Source: Yuukianura sp. NJ FZ-2021 (Eukaryota). From it: 64,000 bases of DNA. The position numbers and the translations under genes were made by a program. The stretch is from the NCBI GenBank assembly GCA_046563655.1, contig CM102286.1, positions 3,100,001-3,164,000 on the forward strand, read 5' to 3'. A model generated the notes under the pieces. It had not been told where the DNA came from. It searched no databases and saw nothing but the letters and a program-made list of their open reading frames with translations. Of the stretch, positions 38,821 to 52,045 are shown piece by piece; within the stretch, counting starts at the first letter, position 1; each line of letters starts with the position of its first letter.

Positions 38821-40873
38821 ATGTCGTTTCCATTTTTGTTTAAAACCAACTTTCGTTTTGCTTCGATCTGCACAATCACACTCCTTCTGTGTATAGTCGC
38901 AAGTGATGGCGCCAAAATTTTATTTTTCAGTGGTTTGTCAACCTACAGTCATCGCATCTTAGTTTGGCCATTGGTAGAACAACTGGCTGCCCGTGGCCAT
39001 CAAGTGACATACTTGTCAGCATTTCCCAATCGTGAACCAAATCCAAATGGTGTCCAGGACTTTGTACCGTCAGGACTAACAAAGTTCTACACTGGAGAGG
39101 GCGTCATGAACGTCAATCTACTCCATACAAGATTCCAAGGAAAACTGGTAGAAAAGTGGGGAGAAATGCCGGACTTTGGTGTACTAATTTGTAAATTAAT
39201 TTTGAACAGCCCTGACACTCAAGAGTGGGCACAAACTGCTCACTTTGATTTGATTTTCATCGATGCTCTTCTTAACGATTGTGCCTATGCTTTAGTACAC
39301 AAATACAAAGCAAAACATATCATTTTAGGCACAACAACAATTTTTACATGGCAGTACGATCCACTAGGAGTCACTCCCGAAACAAACTGGATTCCAGATT
39401 TCATTCACCATTTTCCGGCTGCAGAAAACATGACATTTCTACATCGTGTTTTCAGTACATTGGAAAATCTCCGGTGGCATTTTGTGTACAAGAACAACTA
39501 CATTCCCCAAATAGAGGAAATTATTCGAACTGATTTTGAAATGGATGATTTCCCGCCAATTTCTGAAATTCAAAAAAATATCAGTCTTTATTTTGCCAAT
39601 ACTCATTTTAGTGAGGAATACGCAAGAGCAGTTCCGCCTTTTGTGATTCCCGTTGGAGGAATGCATCTACGTCGGAACGATACGAATCGAAAAATACCTA
39701 AAGTAAAATACTTAATTTGGAGGCGGGAAACACAAAAACTTGAAATTTTGAATTTCTCTTTGTTACAGAAACTTGAAGAATTTGTACAAGGTGACAACGG
39801 CTTCATTTACATTAGTTTTGGCACCGACGCGCGCATTTCAACTTTACCGCCACAAATATTGCAGTTCATTTTCAATGCACTTGAAGAGTCAAAGTTGCCG
39901 TGTATCTGGAGATGGGATGGAAAAATTCCAGAAAATGTTCCGCATAATGTACTCATGTCGAAATGGCTTCCACAGCAAGCACTTTTGGCACATCCAAAAA
40001 TCAAGTATACTTTTCAATGCAATTTAAAAAAAGAATTTTTATAGATTCGTTTTTTTCGGAGTTGATGTTGATGATGCCATTTTGGCTTTTTGATATGACT
40101 TTTTCAGAATGATGATTACTCACGGTGGACTTTTGAGGTACGTATTGCTGTTTTGCTTAATCAATGAAATGTGTATTGGTTTAATAATTTGTCGTTGATA
40201 ATTTTCAAAATTCAAAATTAAATTTCAAAATTTTGTTTTTTCAAAGCATTCATGAAGCAATTCACCACAAGGTTCCGTTGCTTGTGATACCAATATTTGC
40301 AGAACAGGACTTCAACGCTGAGCGTGTTCAGCGCAAAGGTTTTGGACTAAAACTGGAAATAACATCTCTGACGCAAGAGGATTTGTCAAGTGCAATTTCA
40401 GCATTACTCACTGATGTCACGTACGCCCGATAAACTAACTAAATTCCTAATGAAAAGTTGAACCTTAAAACAAAATGTCTTCGATTTTAATTTTTAGATT
40501 CAAATTGCGAATGGAAGAAGTGTCTAAAATATTTGAAGACCGGATGAATACACCTCTGGAAACAGCAGTTTGGTAAAACCAAAATGGTTTTAGAAATTGA
40601 AAACTTTTCAAGCAAACGTAAGTTCTGATTTGAAAACTTTTTAGGTACACGGAGTATGCTTTACGCCATGACACATCGTTGATGAAGCCTTACGCGATTC
40701 ACCAAACTTGGTATCAAAGACGACTGCTGGATGTTTGGACTTTTCTGTTTTTAGCAACGCTTCTTTTCTTTTTCTTTTTATTTGTCATTGTGAAAAAGAT
40801 TTTAAAATTTATCATAAAATGTTTTACAATTTGTCCTCCAGAATCTCATGCAGCAAAACCAAAAACAAATTAA
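38821..40873 (+). CDS. UDP-glucuronosyl/glucosyltransferase (animal membrane-bound type), multi-exon
   Basis: Signal peptide then AKILF...SHRI; GFIYISFGT; signature WLPQQALLAHPKI...ITHGGLLSIHEAIHHKVPLLVIPIFAEQDFNA; C-terminal TM (LLDV...) and KPKTN ER-retention-like tail. Confidence 0.95.
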
Positions 40874-42411
40874 ACATAATTCGGTTCAAATTTTTTAACC
40901 AAAGTTCAGTCAGTGCTCTATTTTTGTTTCGCACATTGACAAATTTTGTTATCCGTGAGTCATTACACGCCAAAGCAAATTTAGAAGTAATAAAAATTGC
41001 AACAAAATTTCAACCTTGTTAAGTTTTTATTAACCCTGAGTTTTGAAACCTATAATCCATACGTTCTTGAAAGCCTGAAGTGACCACCAGAAAATGGCCA
41101 ATGTTAGCATAACTTGATTTGATAAAAACTTTATTTCAGTACCATTTAACTCAAACCAAGATAAGTAACATTATCACCTACTAATAGCTAATCCAATGTA
41201 ATAGTTGTTTTTGCAATATTTATCTTGGCTGAATTCCAATTGTCAGATTGCAAATGTCAACCACTTGTCATGGGTTTGGTTTGCGCAACAATCAAGGTTT
41301 TGGCATTAAAAATGATGGCTAAAATCTATCCCAAGGTTTTCAAGGTATGCTTGTTACGCGTGCATCACATGCGTTAAAAATTCCGTTATGGATTCATATA
41401 AAAAGTGCAACTTTTGAATTTGTCGTGTCCTGCGTCCTGCCCGGCGTATTCACAAAATTTAGCCCTGTTATAAATTAAAAGAAAACCTCAACGAACGCCA
41501 TGTTTTTTATGCTTCACACTCCAATTGCAGTAGCAAAAATTACCATAGCCTAACTCATTACCGATTACAGAGGACTAACATAGCCTAATAAAATATAATC
41601 AAATTGTTCCACATTAACTTATCATATCCTTTGAACTTAAGAAGTTTGTGCATACTGCATCTACATTTTTTCAAGTGTAGTGTCCACTAAAATCGGGTAA
41701 AAAAATGAAATTCCTGAGGTTCATAATGAATACTTATTCATAACTACGTAACAATTAATGATTAATTACTAATGAAACTAATTGAGAAAATATGCTAAGT
41801 TGTTTTAAAACAGATTACTTTAAATTGGATTTCGCAATTGCTGTAAAGCAAATCCATTTGGTGCAGAAAACTTGAAAAATTATCTACGTGGCATTTCAGT
41901 CTTTGCAGCTTATGTTTCAGTCATTGAATTCATGCTAGATAAAGTCCAACTAAAACCAAAAATAACGATTGACCTGACGTGAAATTTTTGTTTTCCGCAT
42001 TCAGAAGTAACTTGAAGACTTTGAACAGCAGATGACGGAATTCACAGAATTATTGATTCCGTTTTTAAGGGATTTCCATCATCATTTGAGTTCGAAGCCC
42101 ACCAAACTGTTTATTGGTTAACTGATTCAAAATTATGCTTGCAAATTTTTGCACACCTTGAATGACGAAAAAACGGTTGATTTAACTAATCCCAAAAAAC
42201 ATCAGGAAAAATATAGCTGATAAACTTGAAACAATAACCACTTAAATCAATGGTACAAAAATGTTGAAAACTTGGAAAATACAAAACCAAGCTGGACGAG
42301 ATAACAATTTCTAATTAATTTTCAAAGTGACGATTTTTTCTCTATAAAACCATGGACACTGCCAAATGAAAAATTATTCTGCAAACCAATTGTTTCCAGA
42401 AAATACTCATC

Positions 42412-44826
42412 ATGAAAGCCGTATTCCTTCTTGGCCTTTTGGTGGCCGTAGCTGTGGCAAAGAATTGTAAGGCTCCAACAAAAATTAAAAAAAAAATAGT
42501 CAAAATCCGAAAAAAATTAGTGTAAACTGATTTTAACCTGAAATTTGTTTTGAATTGCTTCTGCAGTGCCCCAAAAGCCAAGAACTTTTGGAAACTTTGG
42601 TCCTGATGTCCCAAGGTCATTCAAGTCGTACAAGGCAAAAGACCAGATTGTCCTCAACAGCGCAGATCCAGTTGACGCAGCAGTCGAGTAAGCTACTTAC
42701 TGATGATGCTGTTTTAAAATTCAAAATTTTGAAAATGCTAAATTTTCATTTTACTTGATAGATTTTTCACACGAAAATCCGGCTTCCCTGCTGCCCAGAC
42801 GCACATCGCCAGCTACCACACCGCTGGACACAACGGAGTGACTCACGTTTACCTCCAACAGATCGTCAACGGACTCCAAGTCGTCAACGGTGTCGCTAAC
42901 GTCAACGTTGGTCGCAATGGGCAAATCCTCTCCATTGGAAACTCATTCTTCAACGGACCAGCACCAAAATGTAACCTCAAATTCAACAAAAAGCTAAATT
43001 TTTCTTCAAATCAACAGTCTTCTGATTTTTTTTTTGTATTTTGTAGCCTCCCGCCCACTCCACTCCATCGTTGATGCCCAACAAGCTTTGGAAGCCATCA
43101 CTGGCTCCAAGCCCGGCAAACTCAACACCGAATTCCCAGCCAGCTTGAAATACATCAACAATGGCGAGAGCTTGGTTCTTGCCTGGGACTTTGTTTACGA
43201 AACCGAGGATAACATGTAAAAAAAAAGTTCAAATCCTAAAAACTTTGAACTTTAGGCTTGAAACTTGAAATTTTGATGTCACTTGAACCATAGGTACAAT
43301 GCCATTATCGATGCCACGACCAACACCGTTGTTCAACTCGTCGATTGGGTTTCCGATGCTGCCTACACTGCTTACCCACTTGGAATCAACGATCCACTCA
43401 GCGGAGATCGCGAAGTCATTGTTGACCCAGCTCATCCAGTTGCCTCTCCCTTGGGATGGCATTCACAGGGTGATGGAAATGACTTCACCGATACTCAAGG
43501 AAACAACGTCTTCGCTCAGGAGAACACTGGTAAGGAACTAACTTTTAATAACTAAATTCAAAACGATTTCTAACCGTGCCAAATTTGAATTTTCTTAAAG
43601 ACGGTACTTCTGACTGGGAAAACAACTACAGACCAGACGGAGGAGCTGATTTGATCTTTGATCCAGCACTTGACTTGACCGAACAGCCAGCTCAATACTT
43701 GGATGCTTCCATCACCAACTTGTTCTACTGGAACAACGAGATCCACGATTTGTTCTGTAAAAAATATTTTTGAAAACTATGTTTCAAATTGTTTCGAAAT
43801 TTCAAAACTTTTGGAAATCTTATTCGAATTTGTTTTTCCAGACGTCTACGGATTCGATGAAGTTTCTGGCAACTTCCAACACAACAACCTCGGACGAGGA
43901 GGACTCGGAAATGACGCAGTCATTGCCAACGCCCAAGATGGTTCTGGATACAACAACGCCAACTTCATGACCCCACCCGACGGAAGCCAAGGACGCATGC
44001 GCATGTACGTCTGGACTCAGACTAACCCATGGAGGGATGGAGATTTGGACGGAGGCATTGTCGTAAGTTACAAAACCGGGAAATATTTGAAAATCAAAGA
44101 AAAATCTACTTGAAAATTACCTAAAAATTTTGTAGATGCACGAGTACCTCCACGGTATCTCAATCCGTCTTACCGGAGGACCAAGCAACGTCAACTGTCT
44201 CGGATTTGGAGAAGCCGGAGGAATGGGAGAAGGTTGGGGAGACACCTTTGCCACCATCACTCGAGTCACCGCAGAGACCAGCAGTAACCAAGTCTATCAA
44301 ATGGGAGACTACTCCAACGGTGGTTCTGGAATCCGAAACTACCCATACTCCACTGACTTCGACGTCAATCCATCCACCTACGCATTCATCACGCGTCCAG
44401 GATACGGTGGTGTCCACGCCAAGGGTAAGCGAATTCTTCCACTAGATGGCGCTATTCGTCCGCTCAATTCTTGCTATAACTCAGCGTTGGTTTGTGATTC
44501 TAGGAGAAGTCTGGGCTGTCATCCTCTACGAAGTCTTCTGGCAATTGGTTGAGGAAAGTGGATTCCAAAGCGACTGGTTCGACGTTGAAGCTGCAAACCC
44601 AGGAGGAAACATCAAGTTCTTCCAGAACGTCATTGACGGCATGAAGCTCCAGCCATGCAACCCATCCTTCGTTGAGGCTCGTGATGCCATCTTGGAAGCC
44701 GATGGAAACAACTACGGAGGAGCCAACACATGCGCCATGTGGCGAGGATTTGCCAAACGTGGTCTCGGAGAGGGAGCCCGCACTGGTGGAACTGAAAGCT
44801 TCGATGTTCCAGCTGAATGTCAATAA
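42412..44826 (+). CDS. Secreted fungalysin (peptidase M36) with FTP propeptide, 9 exons
   Basis: Signal [19 protein letters not shown]-like [78 protein letters not shown] zinc motif, [37 protein letters not shown]. Confidence 0.95.
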
Positions 44827-45560
44827 GCACCAAAAAACGATAAAAACAAACTAGTTGTTCCAAATTAAAACATTGAATTGGCAGTGACATCGATATGCAT
44901 TGAATAAAATTTGCGGAAGATCTTGACATCAATCCAAACAATGATTCTTTAATTCAATTTTGCTTTAAAAAAATAAAATCATTTTCAAGTGATAATGTCA
45001 AAACAGAGTTGTAAGTTTTATATTGACCAATTGTATAAAGGGACTTGTCCATGGTAAATTAGATGTTATGGAATGTTAAATAGGCAAGACTAAGCGTCTT
45101 TTTACAATGGCAAAGAAAGAAATTTTTTTTTCAGGAAAATGATTGAAGATCATTTTACATACTAGAGTGGAAATTAAACTACTATAACAATTTAAGGAAA
45201 AGTTCGGATTTTTTTTTGCTGTGAAGATAATTTTTAGATGAACTTTTAAAAGTTTCGAGTACGCGTACGTTTGCGTCTCAGCCGCAAGTTTGGACACGGA
45301 TGAAGTGTTGTGTTATTGTAGATGGCGCAATAGTAGTTTTCTCTTCCGTAGTAGTTGTTGTGTATCAAGTGAGATGGGCTGCCGTAGCTGTATAAGATGG
45401 TCTATAAGAATTTGGTTGGAAATAGGATTTTGGCGGGAAATAATGCGGGGACGACTACTGGTGGCTTGGTGGGGCAAAGTAGTTATGAACAGTAATTGGA
45501 GGTTGATTTGCAGTAATAGAGTTGTAAGGATTCGTGATTGGTGGGGCATATCCATAAGTA

Positions 45561-46681
45561 CCGTATTTTCCCAAATAGTACACCTGGTGTACTAATTTTG
45601 TTTTCGACTTCTGGGGGTGGTGTACTATTAGGGATCTGGTGTATTATTAGAGACGGTGTACTAATTAATTTTTTAAGAATGAGGATTTTATTCTTAACTA
45701 AAACGTTTAGGAATCAGGAGAAAATAATTTCTAAATTACTAAAAACTACTCCACTTCGTTCTCAGAATCCCTATCCACAGTGTCCAAGTCGTATTCTTCT
45801 TCTCCACTTGAGTCAATTAACACAGTTTTCAACCAGTCACAGGTCAGATCATCGTTCATCCAACCATTTGATGAATGGTTTCAGCTTTGTTCCGTCACCT
45901 TTGGCCTCTAGAACAAGCGTAGCGTGTGCCTTCTCATTTCCAGTCGACTTTAGTTGAACAGTTTTAGATCCAGTTGGAGCAATTGTTGTGTTACTCAGCA
46001 TGTCGAACAACAGACTGGTTTCGTCCATTGCAATAATTTGTGATGGTTCGATCTTCGTTCTGTTTCCGTTATCCAATCCGTAATCCAGTAAAAGAGTGAA
46101 TCATCCAACTCAGGGATCAATCGTTTCCGTCCACCGCCGATCAACCTTTTGTGTTTGACCTTGGATGATTTCACGTTTGACACTATAAACAAAATACTGT
46201 TTCAGTACGAACGTAATAATGAGGAAAAAATTTTATTTACAATAATTACTCACCTAAAGCATTTTCCTTTCTAATCCATGTACGAATACTCTGTCGATCA
46301 ATGTTGTATTCTTTAGCAGCTGCAGAAATTGATTTATCCTTGGCCAATTTCAACACTTTCAATTTGAACTCCAGGTCAAATGATCTTTTTTTTTGTTGGG
46401 AGACATTTTAAGTAAGAATACGAATGTTAAGTAAAACAATTTGAGGAGAAGTAACGTGGAGATAAACACAACAAATGAAGACCTATAATATTACTAGCTC
46501 AACTACCTTCTCCGGGTGTTATACTCCTAATGCTACATTACCAACGACCCTGGTGTACTATTAGAGACCTGGTGTACTATTTGGGACGGTGTACTAATTA
46601 ATTTTTCGGCCCCTGGACCTGGTGTACTATTAGGGACCTGGTGTACTATTTAGGTATGGTGTACTATTAGGGAAAATACGG
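45561..46681 (-). mobile_element. Internally deleted pogo/Tigger-type (Tc1/mariner superfamily) transposon
   Basis: TIR CCGTATTTTCCC.AATAGTACACC with TA TSDs at 45559-60 and 46682-83; subterminal GGTGTACTA repeats. Transposase remnants: HTH (SFDLEFKLKVL...AAAKEYNIDRQSIRTW), GGGRK, and DDE_1 start MDETSLLFDM...STGNEK. Confidence 0.93.
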
Positions 46682-47173
46682 TATTGTACATTTGTGGCAT
46701 CAGCGGTGGCATAGGCATAACATACTGAGGTTGTGGGATTACCAATGGCGTTTGAATGATAAGAGGATAAGGTTGGTGGCTACGGTAGGAAGGCGGCGGG
46801 TAGTACTGTTGAGGCGGGGCACCGTAACCATAGTCGTTATATTGATACGGTGGTGGTGGATATCTGGATCTGTATCGCGAGTAGCCGTATCCTTCATCCA
46901 TATCCATATAACCATAGGCTGGTGTTGTGGTTGTATCTGGAGGAGGAGTGGTAGTGTCTGGAGGTGGTGGTGGAGGAGTTGTGGGAGGTTGAGTAGTACT
47001 TGAGTAGCATTTCTTGTACTTTTTTTTCCTATAACTTCTTGGAAATCGTAGATGATGGTGGTTGCCGGAGTTAGGCGGGTAGTTACCGGTAGTGAAGTTT
47101 TCGTTGTTCCACGCCTTTGCCAGCATACCGCTTCCATCACCCTGGAATGGAGTTGGACCGGGACCAAACAATT

Positions 47174-48031
47174 CCCGGACTCCAAAGGATGGTCACTAAC
47201 GGCCTGATATCCGAATATCCTAACGGACTGTTAAGAATGGACAGTCACTATTGGCCAGCCTCCGGCAGATGGTCGCTAGAGGGCCATCACCAACGGCCAC
47301 ATACGCTAATTTACACTTAATACTGGACGGTCGGTCACTAATGGACATTAACACATCTTGCTTTAGTTACTCAAAATTTGCTTTACTTACGTTACTAAAA
47401 ATCTGTAAATTTTCATTGCCTGAAGCAAGGCGTCAATGTCCATTAGTAGCGACCATCCACTAACTAGTGTTCAGTAAAGTAAGTGTCCGTTTGGTGACTG
47501 TCCTTTAGTGATCATTCGTTACTGACAGTCTATTATTGACTGTCCGTTTGGATGTCGGGCCGTTAGTGGCCGTCCATTATAATTAGGGGGTGTAAATCCG
47601 GATTTTTTTATTTCGGATATAAATCCGGATTTTGTTTTTCCGGATATAAATCCGGGTTTTTGACGGATGCGGATTCTTCCAAATCCGGTTTTGAAAAAAA
47701 TGGAATCCGGGTTCGACGGACTTTTCGTTTCATTTCAAGATAGTATGGAGAATTGGAAAATTGATGTCGAAAACAGAAATACTGAGTTAAAATAAAAAAA
47801 ATCACTCTGAAATCAAGTTAATCAGAAAGGAGTATTCCTGACGTCCGTTATCAATTTTTTTTGCTAGAGTATTAAACCAACGTTGTCCATAATTTTGTTA
47901 CTGCAAATATTGTTATGGAAAATCCTATATATTCTGAAATCCGGAGTTTTTAATAAAAATCCGACAAAATCCGAAATCCGGATTTCTCGAAAGCAGTAAC
48001 GGATTTACACCACTAATTTTAATTGACTGGT
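47174..48031. mobile_element. Non-autonomous TIR element inserted in the pseudogene exon (hosts a nested hAT MITE)
   Basis: GGATGGTCACTAACGGCCTGATATCC is inverted against GGATGTCGGGCCGTTAGTGGCCGTCC; repeated GTCACTA/TAGTGAC motifs; absent from the paralog at about 54580. Ends are approximate. Confidence 0.7.
47584..48015. mobile_element. hAT-type MITE, nested
   Basis: Termini TAGGGGGTGTAAATCCG and CGGATTTACACCACTA; 8-bp TSD ATTATAAT/ATTTTAAT (7 of 8 match); subterminal AAATCCGG repeats. Confidence 0.85.
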
Positions 48032-48289
48032 TACGGACCAAAAGTACCGCCAGATATGCCATCAAATGGAGGAACTCCAGGATCACCTAAGAACGAAAAT
48101 CATTTTCTTGTCATTCCCAATAACAGTCAAATCATTTAATTAAAACTAAAACTTGTAGTGTAACGTTTCATCAAAAATTTTAGCGCATTTTAAACTGACT
48201 CTAAGAAATGACTAAGTTCATGAGCTATGGTTCAGGACCAAATTGGTTTTATCCAGTTTTTCCCAACCAAAAAGATTAACAATTACACC

Positions 48290-48463
48290 TGAAAACCAGT
48301 AACTTTAAATTTTAAACTAGTACACAGTATTTTTCATAACCATCAACGATAACAGTTAATTTAGCAGCGTAATAATTTTATGATTTTGTAAAGATTTTAT
48401 TCTGAAAAACCTGCGCACTGAGTGGGAGAATAAATTGAATTGAATTGAATTGAATTGAATTGA
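48290..48463 (+). mobile_element. Probable 3' end of a non-LTR retroelement ending in a (TTGAA)n tail
   Basis: AATAAA directly followed by (TTGAA)6; the segment is absent from the paralogous intron (about 54810-54840). The 5' boundary is approximate. Confidence 0.45.
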
Positions 48464-49077
48464 AAAAAAAAACAAAATTATTTTTCATGAAAATTTGGAA
48501 ATGAAAAGAGATGAGCTTCCTGCTATGAATAGGAATAAACCAGGATTAAAAAAGCTACACCTTTTGTAACGTTCGGTAGTTGCTGAAGTAGTGGCGGAGT
48601 CGGAGGAAGGCCGACTCTCTTCTCGGAAGTATTCGTAGGCCAAGTCGAAACCTTGAGATCTAGTGCTTCTGTTCCTGCAGCACTCAGCGAATGCGACTGC
48701 TGGAACAGTATATTCATCAACATCAGGATACTCGGGAAGTTCAAGACTGCCGAGTTCTACAAATTTTCAAAAAAGAAGTCAAAACTTTCAAAAAGAAATT
48801 TGGAAAAACCAATCGTTTGCTGCGCAAATTTAATTGCCACAGGAGATTGCAAACTCACTGAAAATTTGTAGTACGGTCGCATTTTGTTGCTTGAACTTAA
48901 ATCACCTATTTGCAAATGTTTGAAAACTAAACTAGGAACTTTTATTTTGACTTCTTTTTGATTTTAAACAATAACGCGACAACATTTTACTTTTGAGGGC
49001 ACCTATGATCTGCAATCCTATCCAAAATGAAATTGGTTCAAAATTTGGATTGTAAGGGCCCTTGAAGGCCATTACTA

Positions 49078-49400
49078 TTATCACATATGGTGGGCTCTGA
49101 TATAAAGTTACAGTGATTTGGTACTAGTCGTCGGCATCTCAAACGCCGTTCAGCAACCAACATCGGCATTCCTTGCTCAGTGAACGTAAACGACATTATT
49201 ATTAACAAATGCTAATTACGCTAATAACTATGCTAATAATTATTACGCTATTAATAATTACGCTAATTATTATAAATTATAAATTACGCTAATAATAATG
49301 TCGTTTATTTTTAAAATCTGAATTTGCCCATATATGCCATTTGGGTGAAAACTCGAAAGTGCACTGCAGCTGTTAGATCAACTCCCATAATATGTGATAA
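49078..49400. mobile_element. MITE with TA TSD and internal AATTACGCTAAT tandem repeats
   Basis: TIR TTATCACATAT..GGG..TGAT at both ends, TA at 49076-77 and 49401-02; the empty site is visible in the paralogous promoter (GAAGGCCGTTGCTATTTCAAGCC at about 55520). Confidence 0.9.
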
Positions 49401-50232
49401 TATTTAAAGCCTTCAAGGTCTCTCGTGTTTTTCAAAATACAAAATAGAAAGTTACAAATATTTAAACGTCGCTGAACCTGTGGCAGAGAATTGTAAGGCC
49501 CAACAAAATTTTATAAAAGTTTTTTTGCCAAACTCAAAAAAATTAGTTTGGGATCACAGAGAGTTGTCAAGCTTGCTGGGGCTTCTAACAGACCGTTCAA
49601 TCGTCCTAATTTCATAAATTCAGAGGGGAAAAAACCGCTTGCACTTTTTTTTAAGGTTTGCGCTTACAATTTCTCAGCGAAAGAATTAACCTACAGCTCA
49701 ATTTTGAAACAATAAAATAGACTCTAAAACCTACATTTCAACCCAATTTTCCAAAATGCACCGCAACAGAAGGGAGTAGTGTTCCAAGTCTAAAGATGAT
49801 TGATTTATTATTGACATTGGTGGCACACCCTAATCAACACTGGGATTATTAAGTATAGTTAATTAAACTAATTAAACGTAAGAAAAAAAACTTTCTCACA
49901 ATGCTAAAGCCTCAAACCACAATGGCCTATTAGCAGTCAGTACTTTTCGAAATTGAACCTGTGAAAGTTTTTTTTGCCAAATTCAAAAGCTTGTTTAGGA
50001 TACAGTTTTAATTGAACCTCTAGAGTTTCAAATGAAATAGAGTTTTCGGTGCTTTCCAAATATTATGGAAGTCAGAAGGCAGCAGGACTGCAGTAATTGC
50101 AGGCAACCTTGTTTTACACACTAGTTGAAATTCGACTAAAAATTACAAATTATAATTAAAAAAATCAGATTTTTTTTTACTGCAGAAATAAGTTTAGACG
50201 AACTTTTTGAAGAATTCTAGTACGTTTACGCT

Positions 50233-51471
50233 TCAATTGCAACTTTGCCAAGTGACGGCTTCACACTCCGTCAAGGTCATATTTTTTAGCAAATTCCAAG
50301 CACTCAGGGGTGTATCATTAAATTGATTTCTTAGAAATTTCGTAATGTAGTTCTCCAATAACTCTGCTTTCATTTCTTTCGACTCTCGCAGCTTTTCCAA
50401 CGCATTTTCCGGTGTAACATATCTCGACATGGCTTTTTGCGCCAAAATCCGAAGTTCACTCATTTTATATTTGGTAGCAGCGCCAAACACTTTCTTTTCC
50501 AAACCTATACAAGCAATACCATTAAACTTTTGAAAAATAGTTTGAGTTTTTAATTGTACAAACAATGTTACTTTCCTTTGTAGGAGTTGGAAATTTTTCA
50601 ATTTTGTATTACCTTGGGTTACTTCCTGATCGAGTGTATAAATGTGTCGAAGGACCTCCTGCATAGTTTCCCGGTCTGTTTCTTCCAATTGAATTTTCAC
50701 AATTGCTTGGGCACGCACTTTCTCCGCTATCATGGTTTCCAGAACTGGTGACTCCATGGCAACCAGTCCACTCGAAAATGGAATCAAGTCGGTTCCTTCT
50801 GCATTGAAACTGAAAAATGTTTTGCTCAGTGCCAATTCCTTCTGTAATAAAAGACTTCTTTGATCAGAAAATGAACAAAATGGTGTTGGAAACTGGATTG
50901 CTCGACTACTTTCCTCTTCCCGTGAACTTTTGGAGATTATTTTGTATCGAATTTCGACAAATAATTTAAGCACAATTGTTTTGTCTGAAATAACTCCAAG
51001 ATAAAATTCTCTTCCAGTTTTGGGTAAACTGCAGCTAATCTCACTACCGGAGGAAAAGTGGTTTATTCGCAACCCAATCCCACAGTCTGTATCGAGTTTG
51101 GTTCCATCCGAGGTAAAAGATTCTAGCGTCACTTTTCCGGCTACAGCTCCATGTTTCCCAGTAGACAGAGTCTTCAGGTAAACGTTAAACTCCTCCCCGT
51201 AGGGACCACCAGTAGTACTACCTAATCGTAAGGTCCAAAAAATGTCTTCCACTGGTGTACCAACTCCAGAAAACTGCGGTGTCTCAGCCCTATCATACAT
51301 AAAATCAATGTTGTGGATTGTCCATGTATAATTGAAAGAAGTAATTTCCGCCTGCGTTTGACCCCAATTTTGTCGATTTGCCACAACGAGATTTCCTTCT
51401 AGTGCGAAAGCCTTCAACGTCAAGGCCAACACCTCCAGAACAAGTAAAAGGGGAAGCTTTATGAAGTACAT
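50233..51471 (-). CDS. Divergent MATH-BTB (SPOP/roadkill-like) protein with N-terminal hydrophobic leader; probable in-frame intron 50505-50612
   Basis: NWGQTQAEITSFNYTWTIHNIDF resembles SPOP MATH beta-1; BTB motifs SPVLETM, ETMQEVLRHIYT, AATKYKMSELR; BACK-like VTPENALEKL. The 108-nt GTAATA...TATAG AT-rich segment is in frame. Confidence 0.75.
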   Translation of the reverse strand: MYFIKLPLLLVLEVLALTLKAFALEGNLVVANRQNWGQTQAEITSFNYTWTIHNIDFMYDRAETPQFSGVGTPVEDIFWTLRLGSTTGGPYGEEFNVYLKTLSTGKHGAVAGKVTLESFTSDGTKLDTDCGIGLRINHFSSGSEISCSLPKTGREFYLGVISDKTIVLKLFVEIRYKIISKSSREEESSRAIQFPTPFCSFSDQRSLLLQKELALSKTFFSFNAEGTDLIPFSSGLVAMESPVLETMIAEKVRAQAIVKIQLEETDRETMQEVLRHIYTLDQEVTQGNTKLKNFQLLQRKVTLFVQLKTQTIFQKFNGIACIGLEKKVFGAATKYKMSELRILAQKAMSRYVTPENALEKLRESKEMKAELLENYITKFLRNQFNDTPLSAWNLLKNMTLTECEAVTWQSCN

Positions 51472-52045
51472 TTTGAAAAGTTGTCTAAAAATGAAACAAC
51501 AAGATGAGTTTTCCACCCGAATGCTAGATTTTTATACTCCATTGAATTTCCTGTTGTTTTAAATTTTAGTTAATGCTCAACATTTTATCACATGGATACA
51601 GGGAGTCCTCACAATCACATCTCTTCCTGCCACTTGTTGCTAGACACTGACATAATAAAAACTACCTAATCCGAATTGACACATAAAAAACGTATTCTTG
51701 AAAACTAGATTCTGGTAATCAGAACCAGTATGTCTATTCGTACGAGAAATTATGCCACAACAAGCGACCGGAAACGCGCGTAATCTATTTTCTTTCTGTT
51801 TAAATGGAACAAAAATCATTCTTCGCAAACTGACTATCCTGTACCTCGTCATAACAAAACTGTTTGCATAGACTCTTTTATTATTACTATTTCTAAATTT
51901 AATTCTATTTCTTTCTATTTCTAAATCTATACTATTTCTAACTGTATTAATAGTATTTTACAAAACGTTCACAAAACTGTAATATCAATTTATTTAGTAA
52001 CAAATGGTATCAAACTCGTAAGTAAATGCATTTTTTATAACATGT

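Larger units (their letters stand above)
45290..48882 (-). pseudogene. Decayed paralog of the Pro/Thr/Tyr-rich gene at 52046-55350
   Basis: Colinear with the intact copy (ATG 48882, ...PSILMLMNILFQQSHSLSAAGTEAL, PPDTTTPPPDTTTTPAYGYMDMD, SRYRSRYP). Interrupted by transposons inside coding sequence, exon 2 has deletions, and the donor is degraded. The 3' boundary is approximate. Confidence 0.85.

Noticed and set aside
45849..46406. Active pogo transposase
   Set aside because: Large internal deletions, an incomplete DDE domain and an apparent frameshift in the A-run after the ATG.
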